From positions 10,344-74,343 of the forward strand of contig JAHPZJ010000027.1 of assembly GCA_019058245.1 (NCBI GenBank): DNA of 64,000 nucleotides. The letters are read 5' to 3'. The translations under genes were made by a program, and so were the position numbers. The notes beneath the pieces were generated by a model. It had not been told where the DNA came from and did not search any database. It saw only the letters and a program-made list of their open reading frames with translations. Below, piece after piece: positions 48,694 through 58,978 of this stretch. Positions within the stretch are counted from its first letter, which is position 1; the number at the start of each line of letters is the position of its first letter. Source of the DNA: Promethearchaeota archaeon (GTDB lineage: Archaea; Asgardarchaeota; Lokiarchaeia; Sigyniarchaeales; SOKP01).

Positions 48694-49098
48694 ATGAAAG
48701 GCTCTTATATCTTAGTTATATTTTTTGGAACAGGAAAAGAGATTAGAATTGGTGCTCTTGGAAAGATTTTTTTTTCTAATGGGTATTATTGTTATATAGG
48801 ATCTGGTATGGGGAATATTGGATCTTCTACATTATTGAACAGAGTAAAAAGACATATTCTAAACCAGAGTGAAAAAAAAATCCATTGGCATATAGATTAT
48901 ATGTTAGCAGATACAGCTTCCATAATAACTAAAATCTACTTAATCCCTTCAATTGAACGATTAGAATGCATTATTGCTCAAGAACTATCTAATTATTCTG
49001 ATGATTTTATAAAAAATTTTGGCTCTTCTGACTGTAACTGTGAAAGTCATTTGTTCTATTTTAAGAACTTCACAAAATTAAGTAAATTATTGCGATAA
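48694..49098 (+). CDS. DUF123 / GIY-YIG-like (Uri superfamily) protein
   Basis: 134 aa with GYYCYIGSG, RVKRH and HWHIDYM motifs. Confidence 0.7.
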   Translation: MKGSYILVIFFGTGKEIRIGALGKIFFSNGYYCYIGSGMGNIGSSTLLNRVKRHILNQSEKKIHWHIDYMLADTASIITKIYLIPSIERLECIIAQELSNYSDDFIKNFGSSDCNCESHLFYFKNFTKLSKLLR

Positions 49099-49484
49099 AT
49101 ATGGAAAAAAAAATAATATCAAAATTGCTCCTGAGCTATAAACAAGTATATACCAGTAAAGCCAAAATATATCTCCTTTTTGGGGTTCAGTTGGATGATA
49201 TGTAATAAGGATGAAAGCATCATTAATAAAGTGAGATAAAAAAGCAAATAAAATGGTAAATATAATATTAATCGGAAATATAAAAATCTTAAAACAAAAG
49301 ATCTGGATTAATTTACCAGTTAGAACATGAGTAGGTAAATTTATTATCTTCTGCTTTAGATAAAAAGATCATAATCCAGATAAAAATAATGATAATAAAA
49401 ATTCTTAAGTTTAGAAATAATTTTTTATTAGTACATATTATTTAAAACAAAAGAAGATAACTCAAATAATGAAAAATAGAGAGT

Positions 49485-50432
49485 GTGAAAATTATTATGG
49501 GAATGTTAGATGGAAAAGTAGCAATTATTACAGGTGCTGGTAGGGGATTAGGTCGTGAAGAAGCTTTACTTTTTGCCAAAGAAGGGTGTAATTTAGTTGT
49601 TAACGATTTAGGTGCAGGTTTTGATGGTAGTGGGGCTGAAACAAAGGTTGCTGATGAGATAGTAAAAGATTGCGAGAATTTGGGAGCAAAAGCTATAGCA
49701 AATTATGATTCCGTAACAGATTTCAATAAAGCTAAAGCCATGATCGACCAAGCAGTTTCTGAATTTGGGAAATTGGACATTCTTGTAAACAATGCAGGTA
49801 TTCTTAGAGATCGAATGCTTTTTAATATGACAGAGCAAGAATTTGATGATGTTGTTGCTGTACATCTAAAAGGTACTTTTAATATGACTCGTCATGCTGC
49901 TGCTTATTTTAGAACCACTGTTAAGGCAAATGAGTCACTTGGAAATTTCGGAAGAGTTATTAATACAGCATCTGATGCAGGTCTAACCGGGAATTTGGGG
50001 CAAACTAATTATGGAGCAGCAAAAGCCGGTATTGCAGCATTTACTATGAATGCTTCGATGGAACTAAAAAAGTATGCTACAGTTAATTGTATCGTTCCAT
50101 TAGCAAGAACTCGTTTAACTGTTGATGCAACTCCACAAACTGCTGAATTTATGAAGAAACTCGATAAATCAGGCTATGATATTTTTAATCCTGTTAATGT
50201 AGCACCTATGGTTGCATTTCTAGCATCAGATAAAGCTTCAAAAATCAATGGTGAAGTATTTAGAGTTGTAGGAGATCGTATTATGTTATTCCAAGGATGG
50301 CATACTGTTCATCAAATTAACAATGATCATAAGCCATTTACCCCTCAATTGATAGCGGAAAGAATTAACGAATTAATAAAAGCAGCACCCAAAAAAGAAA
50401 ATTTATTTGGTCTTTTAGGAGATCTGGTTTAG
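49485..50432 (+). CDS. short-chain dehydrogenase of the MFE-2/HSD17B4 type (3-hydroxyacyl-CoA dehydrogenase-like)
   Basis: [39 protein letters not shown] and NYGAAKAG motifs. It aligns by eye along its whole length with the remembered N-terminal domain of HSD17B4. The ATG at 49497 is a likely true start. Confidence 0.8.
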   Translation: MKIIMGMLDGKVAIITGAGRGLGREEALLFAKEGCNLVVNDLGAGFDGSGAETKVADEIVKDCENLGAKAIANYDSVTDFNKAKAMIDQAVSEFGKLDILVNNAGILRDRMLFNMTEQEFDDVVAVHLKGTFNMTRHAAAYFRTTVKANESLGNFGRVINTASDAGLTGNLGQTNYGAAKAGIAAFTMNASMELKKYATVNCIVPLARTRLTVDATPQTAEFMKKLDKSGYDIFNPVNVAPMVAFLASDKASKINGEVFRVVGDRIMLFQGWHTVHQINNDHKPFTPQLIAERINELIKAAPKKENLFGLLGDLV

Positions 50433-50498
50433 CAATATTTTAAATTTCTTTTTTTCTTTAATTTTTTTTTTTTTCTATAAGTGATTTGTGTGAAATAT

Positions 50499-50777
50499 TT
50501 ATTCCAAATTATGAGTTATTTCTCTGAAAATATGATAAATAAGCATAATAATTCTATCAAAATCTTTTTCAGATATATTAGAGTTATTGTTTTCCAGTTT
50601 GTTTAACAAAAACTCTAATTTATCTAATCCATTTTTGAGATATGAAATTTCTTGTTTATTTCTTGTTCTTTCAAATCGAGTTTTTAAAAAAATTATCTCA
50701 CTTAAAAGCATTTTTACCATCTTTACTTTTCTTAGTTGAATAATATTATCATACGACCACAAAACTATTTTACTCAT
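50499..50777 (-). CDS. hypothetical protein
   Basis: 92-aa ORF only. Confidence 0.35.
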   Translation of the reverse strand: MSKIVLWSYDNIIQLRKVKMVKMLLSEIIFLKTRFERTRNKQEISYLKNGLDKLEFLLNKLENNNSNISEKDFDRIIMLIYHIFREITHNLE

Positions 50778-51003
50778 TTTTAAACCTCTAAAGTGATATT
50801 TTTCCTAAATTATAATAAATAAAAAGTGAATAAATGTCTTAAAGAGACCAATATTTAAGATTCAATTTATTATTAAAATTTTAAATAATCTTAAACTTAC
50901 ATTTAAAAAAAATTTAAGAATTTGGATTTAGTATTAAATGAAAAGAAAGCGCTATGATTATATGTAATCTAATTTATTTCTCTCTTTGTTTACACTCTTT
51001 TAA

Positions 51004-51474
51004 TCATTTTTCCTCAATTAAATCTTTATAGAAGTCATCACTATACATATCTTCATCATCTTTTTCTCTTTTCATATCCAGATACATATAGTAAGCACTT
51101 ATTAAAGCCCCTCCAAGTAATCCAACAGGAATTCCTGTTAAGACGACATTTAAAAACCAAACTAAAAAAAAAACAATGTTAGGATAATAGATTAATGTAT
51201 CCAATAAAGAGATTAGGAACGCTGACATAATACCTCCAAATATTCCTACTATTATACCACATGATAATATTTTTTGATTCTTAGATCTATTTCTTAACGC
51301 ATAAAACACTCCAATAACAGTACCAATTAAAAATTGAAGATCATAAATAAGATATAAACGTACAAAAAAAGTATGAGTAGTTAAATAAGCTATAGCTGAG
51401 ACTATAACATTAAAACTTAAACCTAATTTAACATTGCGTTCTTGAAAATATTCAATAAAATTCAAAATATCCAC
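51004..51474 (-). CDS. small membrane protein
   Basis: 156 aa with about 4 TM segments and an acidic C-terminus. Confidence 0.5.
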   Translation of the reverse strand: MDILNFIEYFQERNVKLGLSFNVIVSAIAYLTTHTFFVRLYLIYDLQFLIGTVIGVFYALRNRSKNQKILSCGIIVGIFGGIMSAFLISLLDTLIYYPNIVFFLVWFLNVVLTGIPVGLLGGALISAYYMYLDMKREKDDEDMYSDDFYKDLIEEK

Positions 51475-51552
51475 TGAAATATTGATTTTTCAAAATAATG
51501 GAATTAAGAAAATGAAAAAACAATAATATAAGAAACTTTTCAAAATAAATTG

Positions 51553-52344
51553 TTATCTGTCAGCACCAGGTATGTCCTTACCTTTTGTTATTGCCTTTGT
51601 TATTCCTTTTTTTACTATTTTTGTAGGATCCACCAGATTTTTTAGACCCTGTACTGCGGCATCTCCTGCCTGTCCAAGAACATCACCACTAATTGTGCCT
51701 CCACCAATCAATTCTTCCGCAATAACTCCTACAGCTGGAGTTAATGCGGCAGATACAATTGTGGTAACTGCTGCTATGGCTACAAACTTTGCAATTTTTA
51801 GGGCAATTGGACTATCATTTCCTTTTTTAGCCTTTTCATCATCTCCTACAGCTTCTAAGGATCTTGTAAGCCCCTTTATTAATCTATTTAAAGCATCTTC
51901 CTTCTTCAATTTATTACCTTTATAATAAATACCATCCTTATAAGCAACCTCTAAGAATTTTGTTAAAGATTTATATTTTACAACTTTTTTATATCCATTC
52001 CAGCCCTCTTCTTGGAAATTTGTCAATATAGAAGTGCATGGTTTACCATTCTTTACATTGAATACATAGATTTTTGGCTCTTTTTTATCACTAAGATAAA
52101 TAGCTTCATAAATAAAATCTCCAATTTCTTCTTTATTACCTATTAATATCCTAAAATTAATTTTATCAGTATTACCTATCAAACCCTTAGAAAATTTTGC
52201 TAAAGCTACTTTTCCTTTTTTCGCTTTTTTTTCTTCCTCCATAACTGTGTCAGAACGTTTTTCTTCAAAATAATCATTTAGAACATCAAAAGCATCTTTA
52301 AATACCTTTTTAGCCTTATCAATCTCCTTTCCCATAAATTTCAC
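51553..52344 (-). CDS. hypothetical protein with Gly/Ala-rich hydrophobic C-terminal region
   Basis: 263-aa ORF; no family recognised. Confidence 0.5.
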   Translation of the reverse strand: MKFMGKEIDKAKKVFKDAFDVLNDYFEEKRSDTVMEEEKKAKKGKVALAKFSKGLIGNTDKINFRILIGNKEEIGDFIYEAIYLSDKKEPKIYVFNVKNGKPCTSILTNFQEEGWNGYKKVVKYKSLTKFLEVAYKDGIYYKGNKLKKEDALNRLIKGLTRSLEAVGDDEKAKKGNDSPIALKIAKFVAIAAVTTIVSAALTPAVGVIAEELIGGGTISGDVLGQAGDAAVQGLKNLVDPTKIVKKGITKAITKGKDIPGADR

Positions 52345-52633
52345 TTCACTTTAATAGATTTGGGTTACATTAAATATTAAAATCAAAATATTTATGTTTA
52401 TTTCTTTTGAAAAGCTTTATTAAGCAAAATAGTTAATGAAATCTAGTCATTTATATTGTAATTACTATATAAAATATTTTTATTTTCTGGAATTCATTCT
52501 TTTAAGATTTTTCTCATCAGATATTAAGAAAAATTTGATTTTTAAACAAGATTCCTATACTTAAATAATAATAAATCTTAAATAATAATTATAGAATTAA
52601 TCTTCTCAATAACATAAATGTAAATTGAGTTAA

Positions 52634-52987
52634 ATGAGTGAAAGAATAACTGAAATACTCGATAGTTTAAAGTCAATAAAAGGGGTACATGGTGCTGCTT
52701 TAATTGAGAAATTTGGCCTAATAAAAGGGAGTGCTCTGCCTGGTTGGGTTGATCCTGAAGCCGTTGCCGCAATGGTGACATTGATATTAAAGGCGAGCCA
52801 GAGAGCAACGAAAGAATTGGAACAGGGTCAATTTTTTAGTGCTATTATAGAATCTGAAAAAGGCAAAATCCTTTTTAGCGAAATTAAAGGAAATATTTTG
52901 ACTATAATTACCACTCGTGAAGCAAAATTAGGTATAATTAATTTAAAACTAGATGCTGCTAGTTCAGCATTAGGTGAATTGATTTAA
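52634..52987 (+). CDS. Roadblock/LC7 (MglB-like) domain protein
   Basis: 117 aa. ILDSLKSIKGVHGAALIEKFGLIKGSALP...ILTIITTREAKLGII follows the Robl_LC7 pattern. Confidence 0.7.
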   Translation: MSERITEILDSLKSIKGVHGAALIEKFGLIKGSALPGWVDPEAVAAMVTLILKASQRATKELEQGQFFSAIIESEKGKILFSEIKGNILTIITTREAKLGIINLKLDAASSALGELI

Positions 52988-53104
52988 TTTTTTTATTCTT
53001 TTTTTTTAAATAAGATATTAAAAAGTTTATTATCTTCTTCTCAAAATTCATTACTTAAGATTTAAAACTTAATAAAAATAAATATATTACAGTATAATAG
53101 AGAG

Positions 53105-54019
53105 GTGATTTATCTGGTATTTATAAATTTAGAAGGTAAATTTGATAATAATTATTATTTATTAGATGGTATGACTATGGGAACGCAGAAGTATCTTTCA
53201 ATTTATATCATAGAACATAATGGAATGCGATTAATGATTGATGTTGGAGAATCTTTCAAAATTCGTAAAATTTTAAAAAAACTCAAAGATATGGGATTAT
53301 ATCCAATCCATAAAATCTTATTAACTCATTCTCATTGGGATCATGCTCAAGGGCTTTCAAAAATAATTAGTTCTATGAAGGATTTGGATATTGAAATATT
53401 AGCTTCTGAAAATGCTATTGAGAATTTAAAGCATCCTGAAAATATGATTAAAGGATTTGAAAATATGGGTGATTTATATCCTTTTGATGAAGAGATTACT
53501 CCTTTGAAGGAAGGAGACATTATTGATATAAATGGATTAGAATTAGAAATAGTCAACTTATTTGGGCATACTAAGGATTCTATAGGGATTATTGATAAAA
53601 TCAATAAAAATATATTCGTGGGAGATGCAATTTTAGAGAGATTAGATCAAAATGCTTTTTTTGTACCTCTCATGCCCCCTGATTTTCATGAAGAAGAACT
53701 TCTGAAAACATTTAATAAATTACGAAATATGAAGGATGAGTTAAACTCTATCTCTTTAAGTCATTTTGGAGTATGGAAAGATAATCATTTTGAACAAATA
53801 TTAGATGAGATGGAATCTTTATACTTTAAAGTCAAGAACTCCTTAATTGAATGGTATATAGAAGATCCATCTATAGACTCTATAGTAAATAAATATTTTA
53901 GAAACTTTACACCTAATTCCAAAATTTGGAATGAGAAGGCATTTGTATTTATTATCGATATGATGCTAAATGGTTTAAAAATTTGTGGATTAATAAAAGA
54001 ACAACCTATCTCACACTGA
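53105..54019 (+). CDS. metallo-beta-lactamase fold hydrolase
   Basis: LLTHSHWDHAQG motif plus downstream His and Asp residues. GTG start. Confidence 0.8.
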   Translation: MIYLVFINLEGKFDNNYYLLDGMTMGTQKYLSIYIIEHNGMRLMIDVGESFKIRKILKKLKDMGLYPIHKILLTHSHWDHAQGLSKIISSMKDLDIEILASENAIENLKHPENMIKGFENMGDLYPFDEEITPLKEGDIIDINGLELEIVNLFGHTKDSIGIIDKINKNIFVGDAILERLDQNAFFVPLMPPDFHEEELLKTFNKLRNMKDELNSISLSHFGVWKDNHFEQILDEMESLYFKVKNSLIEWYIEDPSIDSIVNKYFRNFTPNSKIWNEKAFVFIIDMMLNGLKICGLIKEQPISH

Positions 54020-54032
54020 TCAAATTAATTTT

Positions 54033-55517
54033 TTAGTCAATTATTCCTTTTTTTTCTAATATTTTAAGTATAATATTTCTAGCAATGTGAGGATCTGCTT
54101 GTCCTTTAGTTTTTTGCATTATTTTTCCAATTAATGCTTCTTTTGCTTTTGGATTTACACGACAATCTTTTACAATATTTGGATTTTCTTCTATAACTTC
54201 ATTCCCTAATTTTATAAGAAAATTTTCATCAGAGATCCTTTTTTTACCTTTTATTTCAAGAATTTCTGAAATTGAAAAACCTTCTAACATATCTTCTATC
54301 ATAGTTTTTGCAATTTTGGTGGTAATTTTTCCTTCATTAATGTATCTGATAATATCAACTATTTGATGAGGGTGTAATTTTGTATCTTTTATTGTTTTAT
54401 TTTGTTCATTTAATACTCTTAAAATATCATTCATTAACCAATTACAATATTGTTTATATTCATTTGGTCCAAATGAAGCATCCGAATTTACCCCTTCCTC
54501 GTAGAAATCGGCTATATCTTTATCCAAAACTAAGTTATCTGAATCAAATTCTGACAAATCATATTCTCTTCTAAGTCTTAATGACCTTTCATTCGGCATT
54601 TCAGGCAAATCATCTTTAACTTGTTGTATAAAACGATTATCAATTTCTATTGGAACCAAATCCTCTTCAGGAAAATAACGATAATCTGCTTCAAATTCTT
54701 TAGTTCTTAAAGAGATTGTAATTCTTCTTTTATCATCCCAATGTCTTGTTTCCTGTATTAAATCTTTTCCTCTTTTAAGTAGGTTTTTTTGTCTTACAAT
54801 TTCATGTCTCAGAGCTCGTTCTACTTCTTTAAAACTATTGATATTTTTAACCTCACTACGCTCATGTCCTTTTATTGAGATATTTGCGTCAACTCTTACT
54901 GAGCCTTCAAGATCTAGTCTTGAGATTCCCGAATATTGAACTATTGATTTTAATTGCTTTAAAAATTCACGGGCTTCTTCAGGTGAACTCATAACAGGTT
55001 CAGTCACTATTTCTATTAATGTAACTCCCGATCTATTATAATCAACCAGTGTATAAGGTGAGGTTGCTATACTTCCTTTATGAACTAATCTTGCTGGGTC
55101 TTCTTCTAGATGAATTCGATTAAGAATTACATCTTTCTTATGGGAATTTAATTTAATAGTGATTTTTCCTCCATCCGCGAAAGCTTTTCCTCCTGCTTTA
55201 TTATATTGGCTAATTTGAAAGTTTTTAGACATATCCGGATAAAAATAATTCTTTCTAAAAAAATACATAGATTTATTTATTTCACAATTTAACGCAATCG
55301 CTAATCTAGTTGCAAAATTAATTGCTTTTTTATTTATCACTGGAAGAGATCCTGGCAATCCAATACAAACTGGACAAACATAAGTATTTGGATCTTTTCC
55401 ACGATAATCATTGCTACAGCTACAAAAGAGTTTTGTTTTGAGATTTGTTAATTGAATATGAACTTCTAAACCAATGATAACATCATTATTTTGAATACTC
55501 ATATTTAATTTCCTCAT
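54033..55517 (-). CDS. gatB: aspartyl/glutamyl-tRNA amidotransferase subunit B
   Basis: 494 aa with IGLEVHIQL and CPVCIGLPGSLPV motifs and a C-terminal YqeY-like tail. It overlaps gatA by 4 nt. Confidence 0.9.
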   Translation of the reverse strand: MRKLNMSIQNNDVIIGLEVHIQLTNLKTKLFCSCSNDYRGKDPNTYVCPVCIGLPGSLPVINKKAINFATRLAIALNCEINKSMYFFRKNYFYPDMSKNFQISQYNKAGGKAFADGGKITIKLNSHKKDVILNRIHLEEDPARLVHKGSIATSPYTLVDYNRSGVTLIEIVTEPVMSSPEEAREFLKQLKSIVQYSGISRLDLEGSVRVDANISIKGHERSEVKNINSFKEVERALRHEIVRQKNLLKRGKDLIQETRHWDDKRRITISLRTKEFEADYRYFPEEDLVPIEIDNRFIQQVKDDLPEMPNERSLRLRREYDLSEFDSDNLVLDKDIADFYEEGVNSDASFGPNEYKQYCNWLMNDILRVLNEQNKTIKDTKLHPHQIVDIIRYINEGKITTKIAKTMIEDMLEGFSISEILEIKGKKRISDENFLIKLGNEVIEENPNIVKDCRVNPKAKEALIGKIMQKTKGQADPHIARNIILKILEKKGIID

Positions 55518-56986
55518 TTAGTTACTGGTGCAATTTTACGATAGATATTTAATTCTTGTTCCAGCTGATAAGCAATGTTAAGAATTCCTTCCTCATCAAA
55601 ATAATCTCCAATTATTTGAAATCCTACTGGCATGTTATTACTATTAAATCCACATGGGATTGTTATTGCTGGAATACCTGCTAAATTGACAGGACAAGTT
55701 AAAATATCTGCGAGATACATCTGCAAAGGATCATTAATGAATTCTCCAATTTTAAAAGCTGTAGAAGGCATAGTAGGAGAAACAATGGCATCACAATTTT
55801 TAAAGGCTTCTATAAAATCATTTTTTATTAAAGTTCTAACTTTAAGAGCCTTAATATAGAACATATCATAATATCCCGCAGAAAGAGTATATGTTCCTAA
55901 AAAAATTCTTCTTCTCACTTCAGGACCAAAATTTTCATCTCTAGTCCTACTAAAAACGTCATAGACATCTCCTGAAAGATTTTTACTCATAATTCCATAT
56001 CTTAAACCATCATATCTCGCCAAATTTGAACTTGCTTCACTCATACAAATCAAATAATATGTGGCAACAGTATATTCTAAATGAGGTATTGAAACAGAAA
56101 TTATTTTTGCCCCTAATCCTTCTAATTTAGTAATAGCCTTTTTAACAACATTCTCTACTTCTTTATTAACTCCTTCTCCAAAGAATTCTTTTGGAACTCC
56201 TATAACTTTTTTATTTATTGGTTTATCTAATCCTTTAGTATATTTTTCAACTTTTTTATCTACTGAAGTAGAATCAAGGGGATCTTTGCCTGAAATTATT
56301 TCAAGCATTAAGGCGGAGTCATAAACGCACTTAGTAATTGTACCAATTTGATCTAATGAATTTGCAAAGGCTACTAACCCATACCTAGAGACTCTTCCAT
56401 AGGTTGGTTTTAATCCCACCTTTCCGCAAAATGAGGCTGGACAACGAATACTACCACCAGTATCACTTCCTAAAGCTAGTATTGCTTGTCCTGATGCGAT
56501 ACTAGCAGCACTACCACCACTCGATCCTCCTGGTACCCTTGTTATATCCCAAGGATTATAAGTAGGACCATAACAACTGTTTTCTGTAGAAGTACCCATA
56601 GCAAATTCATCCATATTTGTATTACCGATATGAATTGCTCCTTGATCCTCAATAAGACGTTCAATAACAAACGCATTATAAGGTGGTCGATAACCTTTCA
56701 ATATTTTTGAACAACAAGTTGTTGGAAAATCTTTAACACATATAAGATCTTTATTCGCTAGAGGTAAACCATACAAACCTCCAATTTTTTTACCGTTTTT
56801 TAGATCTTTATCAAGTAATTTTGCTTTATCTAAAGCTTTTTCTTTCGAGAAATTAACAAAAGAGTGTAATGAACCCTCTGTCTCCTCTATTCTTACAAAA
56901 CAACTTTCTAATAACTCTTGAACTGAGATATCCTTATTTTTTATCTTTTCAATTAATTCATATCCCATATATTCTAAGAGTTTCAT
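55514..56986 (-). CDS. gatA: aspartyl/glutamyl-tRNA amidotransferase subunit A
   Basis: 490 aa with the amidase signature GGSSGGSAASIA and GSDTGGSIR. Confidence 0.9.
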   Translation of the reverse strand: MKLLEYMGYELIEKIKNKDISVQELLESCFVRIEETEGSLHSFVNFSKEKALDKAKLLDKDLKNGKKIGGLYGLPLANKDLICVKDFPTTCCSKILKGYRPPYNAFVIERLIEDQGAIHIGNTNMDEFAMGTSTENSCYGPTYNPWDITRVPGGSSGGSAASIASGQAILALGSDTGGSIRCPASFCGKVGLKPTYGRVSRYGLVAFANSLDQIGTITKCVYDSALMLEIISGKDPLDSTSVDKKVEKYTKGLDKPINKKVIGVPKEFFGEGVNKEVENVVKKAITKLEGLGAKIISVSIPHLEYTVATYYLICMSEASSNLARYDGLRYGIMSKNLSGDVYDVFSRTRDENFGPEVRRRIFLGTYTLSAGYYDMFYIKALKVRTLIKNDFIEAFKNCDAIVSPTMPSTAFKIGEFINDPLQMYLADILTCPVNLAGIPAITIPCGFNSNNMPVGFQIIGDYFDEEGILNIAYQLEQELNIYRKIAPVTK

Positions 56987-57400
56987 ATAAATTAAGCCAA
57001 AATCTATTGCAAGTTTTATGATAAATAAAAAATAGAAAACAATTAATACTTAAGTATGAAAATCAACTTTAATTTCTTAGGGTGATTTTCTTAGCATAAT
57101 TAAGAAAAAAGATTTTCATATCTCATAATTAATTAAATATTGATTTTTTGTTCAATTATGTATGAAAATATAGAGAAAAATATTATTGTATACTATTAAT
57201 TTATCTAATTAATGGCTATATCCGTCTTTATATGTTATTACATCAATTTTTTCTTCCTTAGAAAATAAGTTCGGAAAAAACACCTATGTTATTAGAAAAA
57301 CAAGAGATTGAAAGAAAAGTTCTATCCATAGAATAAATTTTTTATAATTTAATCAATATTTTTTTTATATTATTAAGAAATTTAAGGATAAGATGTAAAT

Positions 57401-58702
57401 TTGATATTTAAATTCCATGATTATTTACCCGAAGAATTAAAGACAAAATATTTCGATTTTATACCAAATTATTACCCAAATGATAAGTTTTGTAAAGATT
57501 TATTAGAACAAATAAAAGCATCCTATAACAATTGTAGATACTATAAAGAAAGTCTCTGTAAAAATTTTAATTTTACAATACCTGAGGATTTATCAATTGA
57601 AGATTTAGAAACAATACCATATCTTCCAACAGATATTTATAAAAAATCAGAGGAACGGACAATGCAACTTTTAAAAGTACCTCTTGATAAAATTGCACTC
57701 TTTTCCTGCTCATCATCTACATCGGGTGATCCCTCAATAGTTCCTAGAACATTAGGGGATTTTGATCAATTGCAATATAATTCAATTAAAGTCTTTACAG
57801 AATTCTTTAAATGGAAGGATTATAAAGTTGGTTCTAAAAGAAGTGTTGCTTTTAATTTTGCCCCAGATCGCTTGTTTATGTCATTGATGGTGAGAAAGAA
57901 TGCTAAAGGATTTGAATTTATTGAAAAAACTCGCTATTTCACGGCTTGTATGAACAAACCTTGGGAATATTATGGGTATGAGGAATATTTAGTAAAAATG
58001 AAAATTTTAAAAACAATTTGGGCAATTATTTCGACTTTTTCAATAAAGGGGGGCTTTATTTTAGATGTAACAAAAATGTTAAAAATGATTAAAACAATTT
58101 TGAAAACTGCATATTGGAAAAAAATAGAAGTAAGTAAAATTATATTCGGTGGAAGCCCACTCTTAATGAATAATATGTTTGAGAAAAGATTATTAAAAGA
58201 AAATATATTTTATGACCTTGATGGAATATCCTTTGTTGGGTGTGGTGGTGGTGGTTGGGAGGGTGTTAAAGGTGAGGCAAAGTTAGATGCCGTAAATAAA
58301 GTTAAATTTATAGAAAATTATGAAAAAGTTTTTAACATTAAACCAAAATGTATTGCGGATATTTATGCATTTACAGAAGGACCAACACTTTTTGGAGGAC
58401 ATTGGTCTGAAAAATACCAGGATTTCTTATTACATTGTCCAGATACATCTAGGATAATTGTAAGAGATATTGAAAAATTAGAACCTGTTAATGAGGGGAT
58501 GGAAGGTTTATTAGAAGTAATTACACCATATGGCGTAAATGGTACTATAAATCAAGCAGTTCTAATTGATGATATTGTAGAGCTCATTTCAAAAGATAGG
58601 TGCCCGGAGTGTGGTTATCAAGGTGCTACATTTAGAATTTTGGGACGGTTAAAAAATCTTCAAGGTAGAAGTTGTTCATCTATTATTAACTGGATTTATT
58701 AA
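57401..58702 (+). CDS. adenylate-forming enzyme-like protein (LuxE/PaaK-like), tentative
   Basis: 433 aa with SCSSSTSGDPSIVPRT, which resembles the SSGTTG P-loop region, and a C-terminal CPECG. TTG start. Confidence 0.4.
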   Translation: MIFKFHDYLPEELKTKYFDFIPNYYPNDKFCKDLLEQIKASYNNCRYYKESLCKNFNFTIPEDLSIEDLETIPYLPTDIYKKSEERTMQLLKVPLDKIALFSCSSSTSGDPSIVPRTLGDFDQLQYNSIKVFTEFFKWKDYKVGSKRSVAFNFAPDRLFMSLMVRKNAKGFEFIEKTRYFTACMNKPWEYYGYEEYLVKMKILKTIWAIISTFSIKGGFILDVTKMLKMIKTILKTAYWKKIEVSKIIFGGSPLLMNNMFEKRLLKENIFYDLDGISFVGCGGGGWEGVKGEAKLDAVNKVKFIENYEKVFNIKPKCIADIYAFTEGPTLFGGHWSEKYQDFLLHCPDTSRIIVRDIEKLEPVNEGMEGLLEVITPYGVNGTINQAVLIDDIVELISKDRCPECGYQGATFRILGRLKNLQGRSCSSIINWIY

Positions 58703-58978
58703 TGTTTCTTAATAATTTTCTTGTTATTTATTTTCTTATTTTAGGATCTTTTGATGTTGATATTAGAACCTTATAGGCAATAAAAATGAGTATATTAATC
58801 AAGTGGATTACTATATTCAATCACCTTGATTTGTTTAAGTTTGAAAAAAGATCTAAGAGATTAAAAGAAGTCTATAGAATAGTGCTGAGAAAGACAAATT
58901 TGGCTATGAGACAATCAAATTTAAAATTTTGGGAACACATTTATAAGTTCTGAACTACAACTTCCTTTATCATTTTTC

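Noticed and set aside
49090-49368. 93-codon open frame on the minus strand encoding a hydrophobic peptide (…FCFKIFIFPINIIFTILFAFLSHFINDAFILITYHP…).
   Set aside because: It has no ATG or GTG and only a late TTG, no SD, and it overlaps the 3' end of the DUF123 gene. It may be a gene remnant, but I cannot support it as a feature.
58786-58953. 55-aa basic ORF (MSILIKWITIFNHLDLFKFEKRSKRLKEV…) between the LuxE-like gene and asnS.
   Set aside because: It has no motif, paralogue or SD signal, and ORFs of this size arise by chance.
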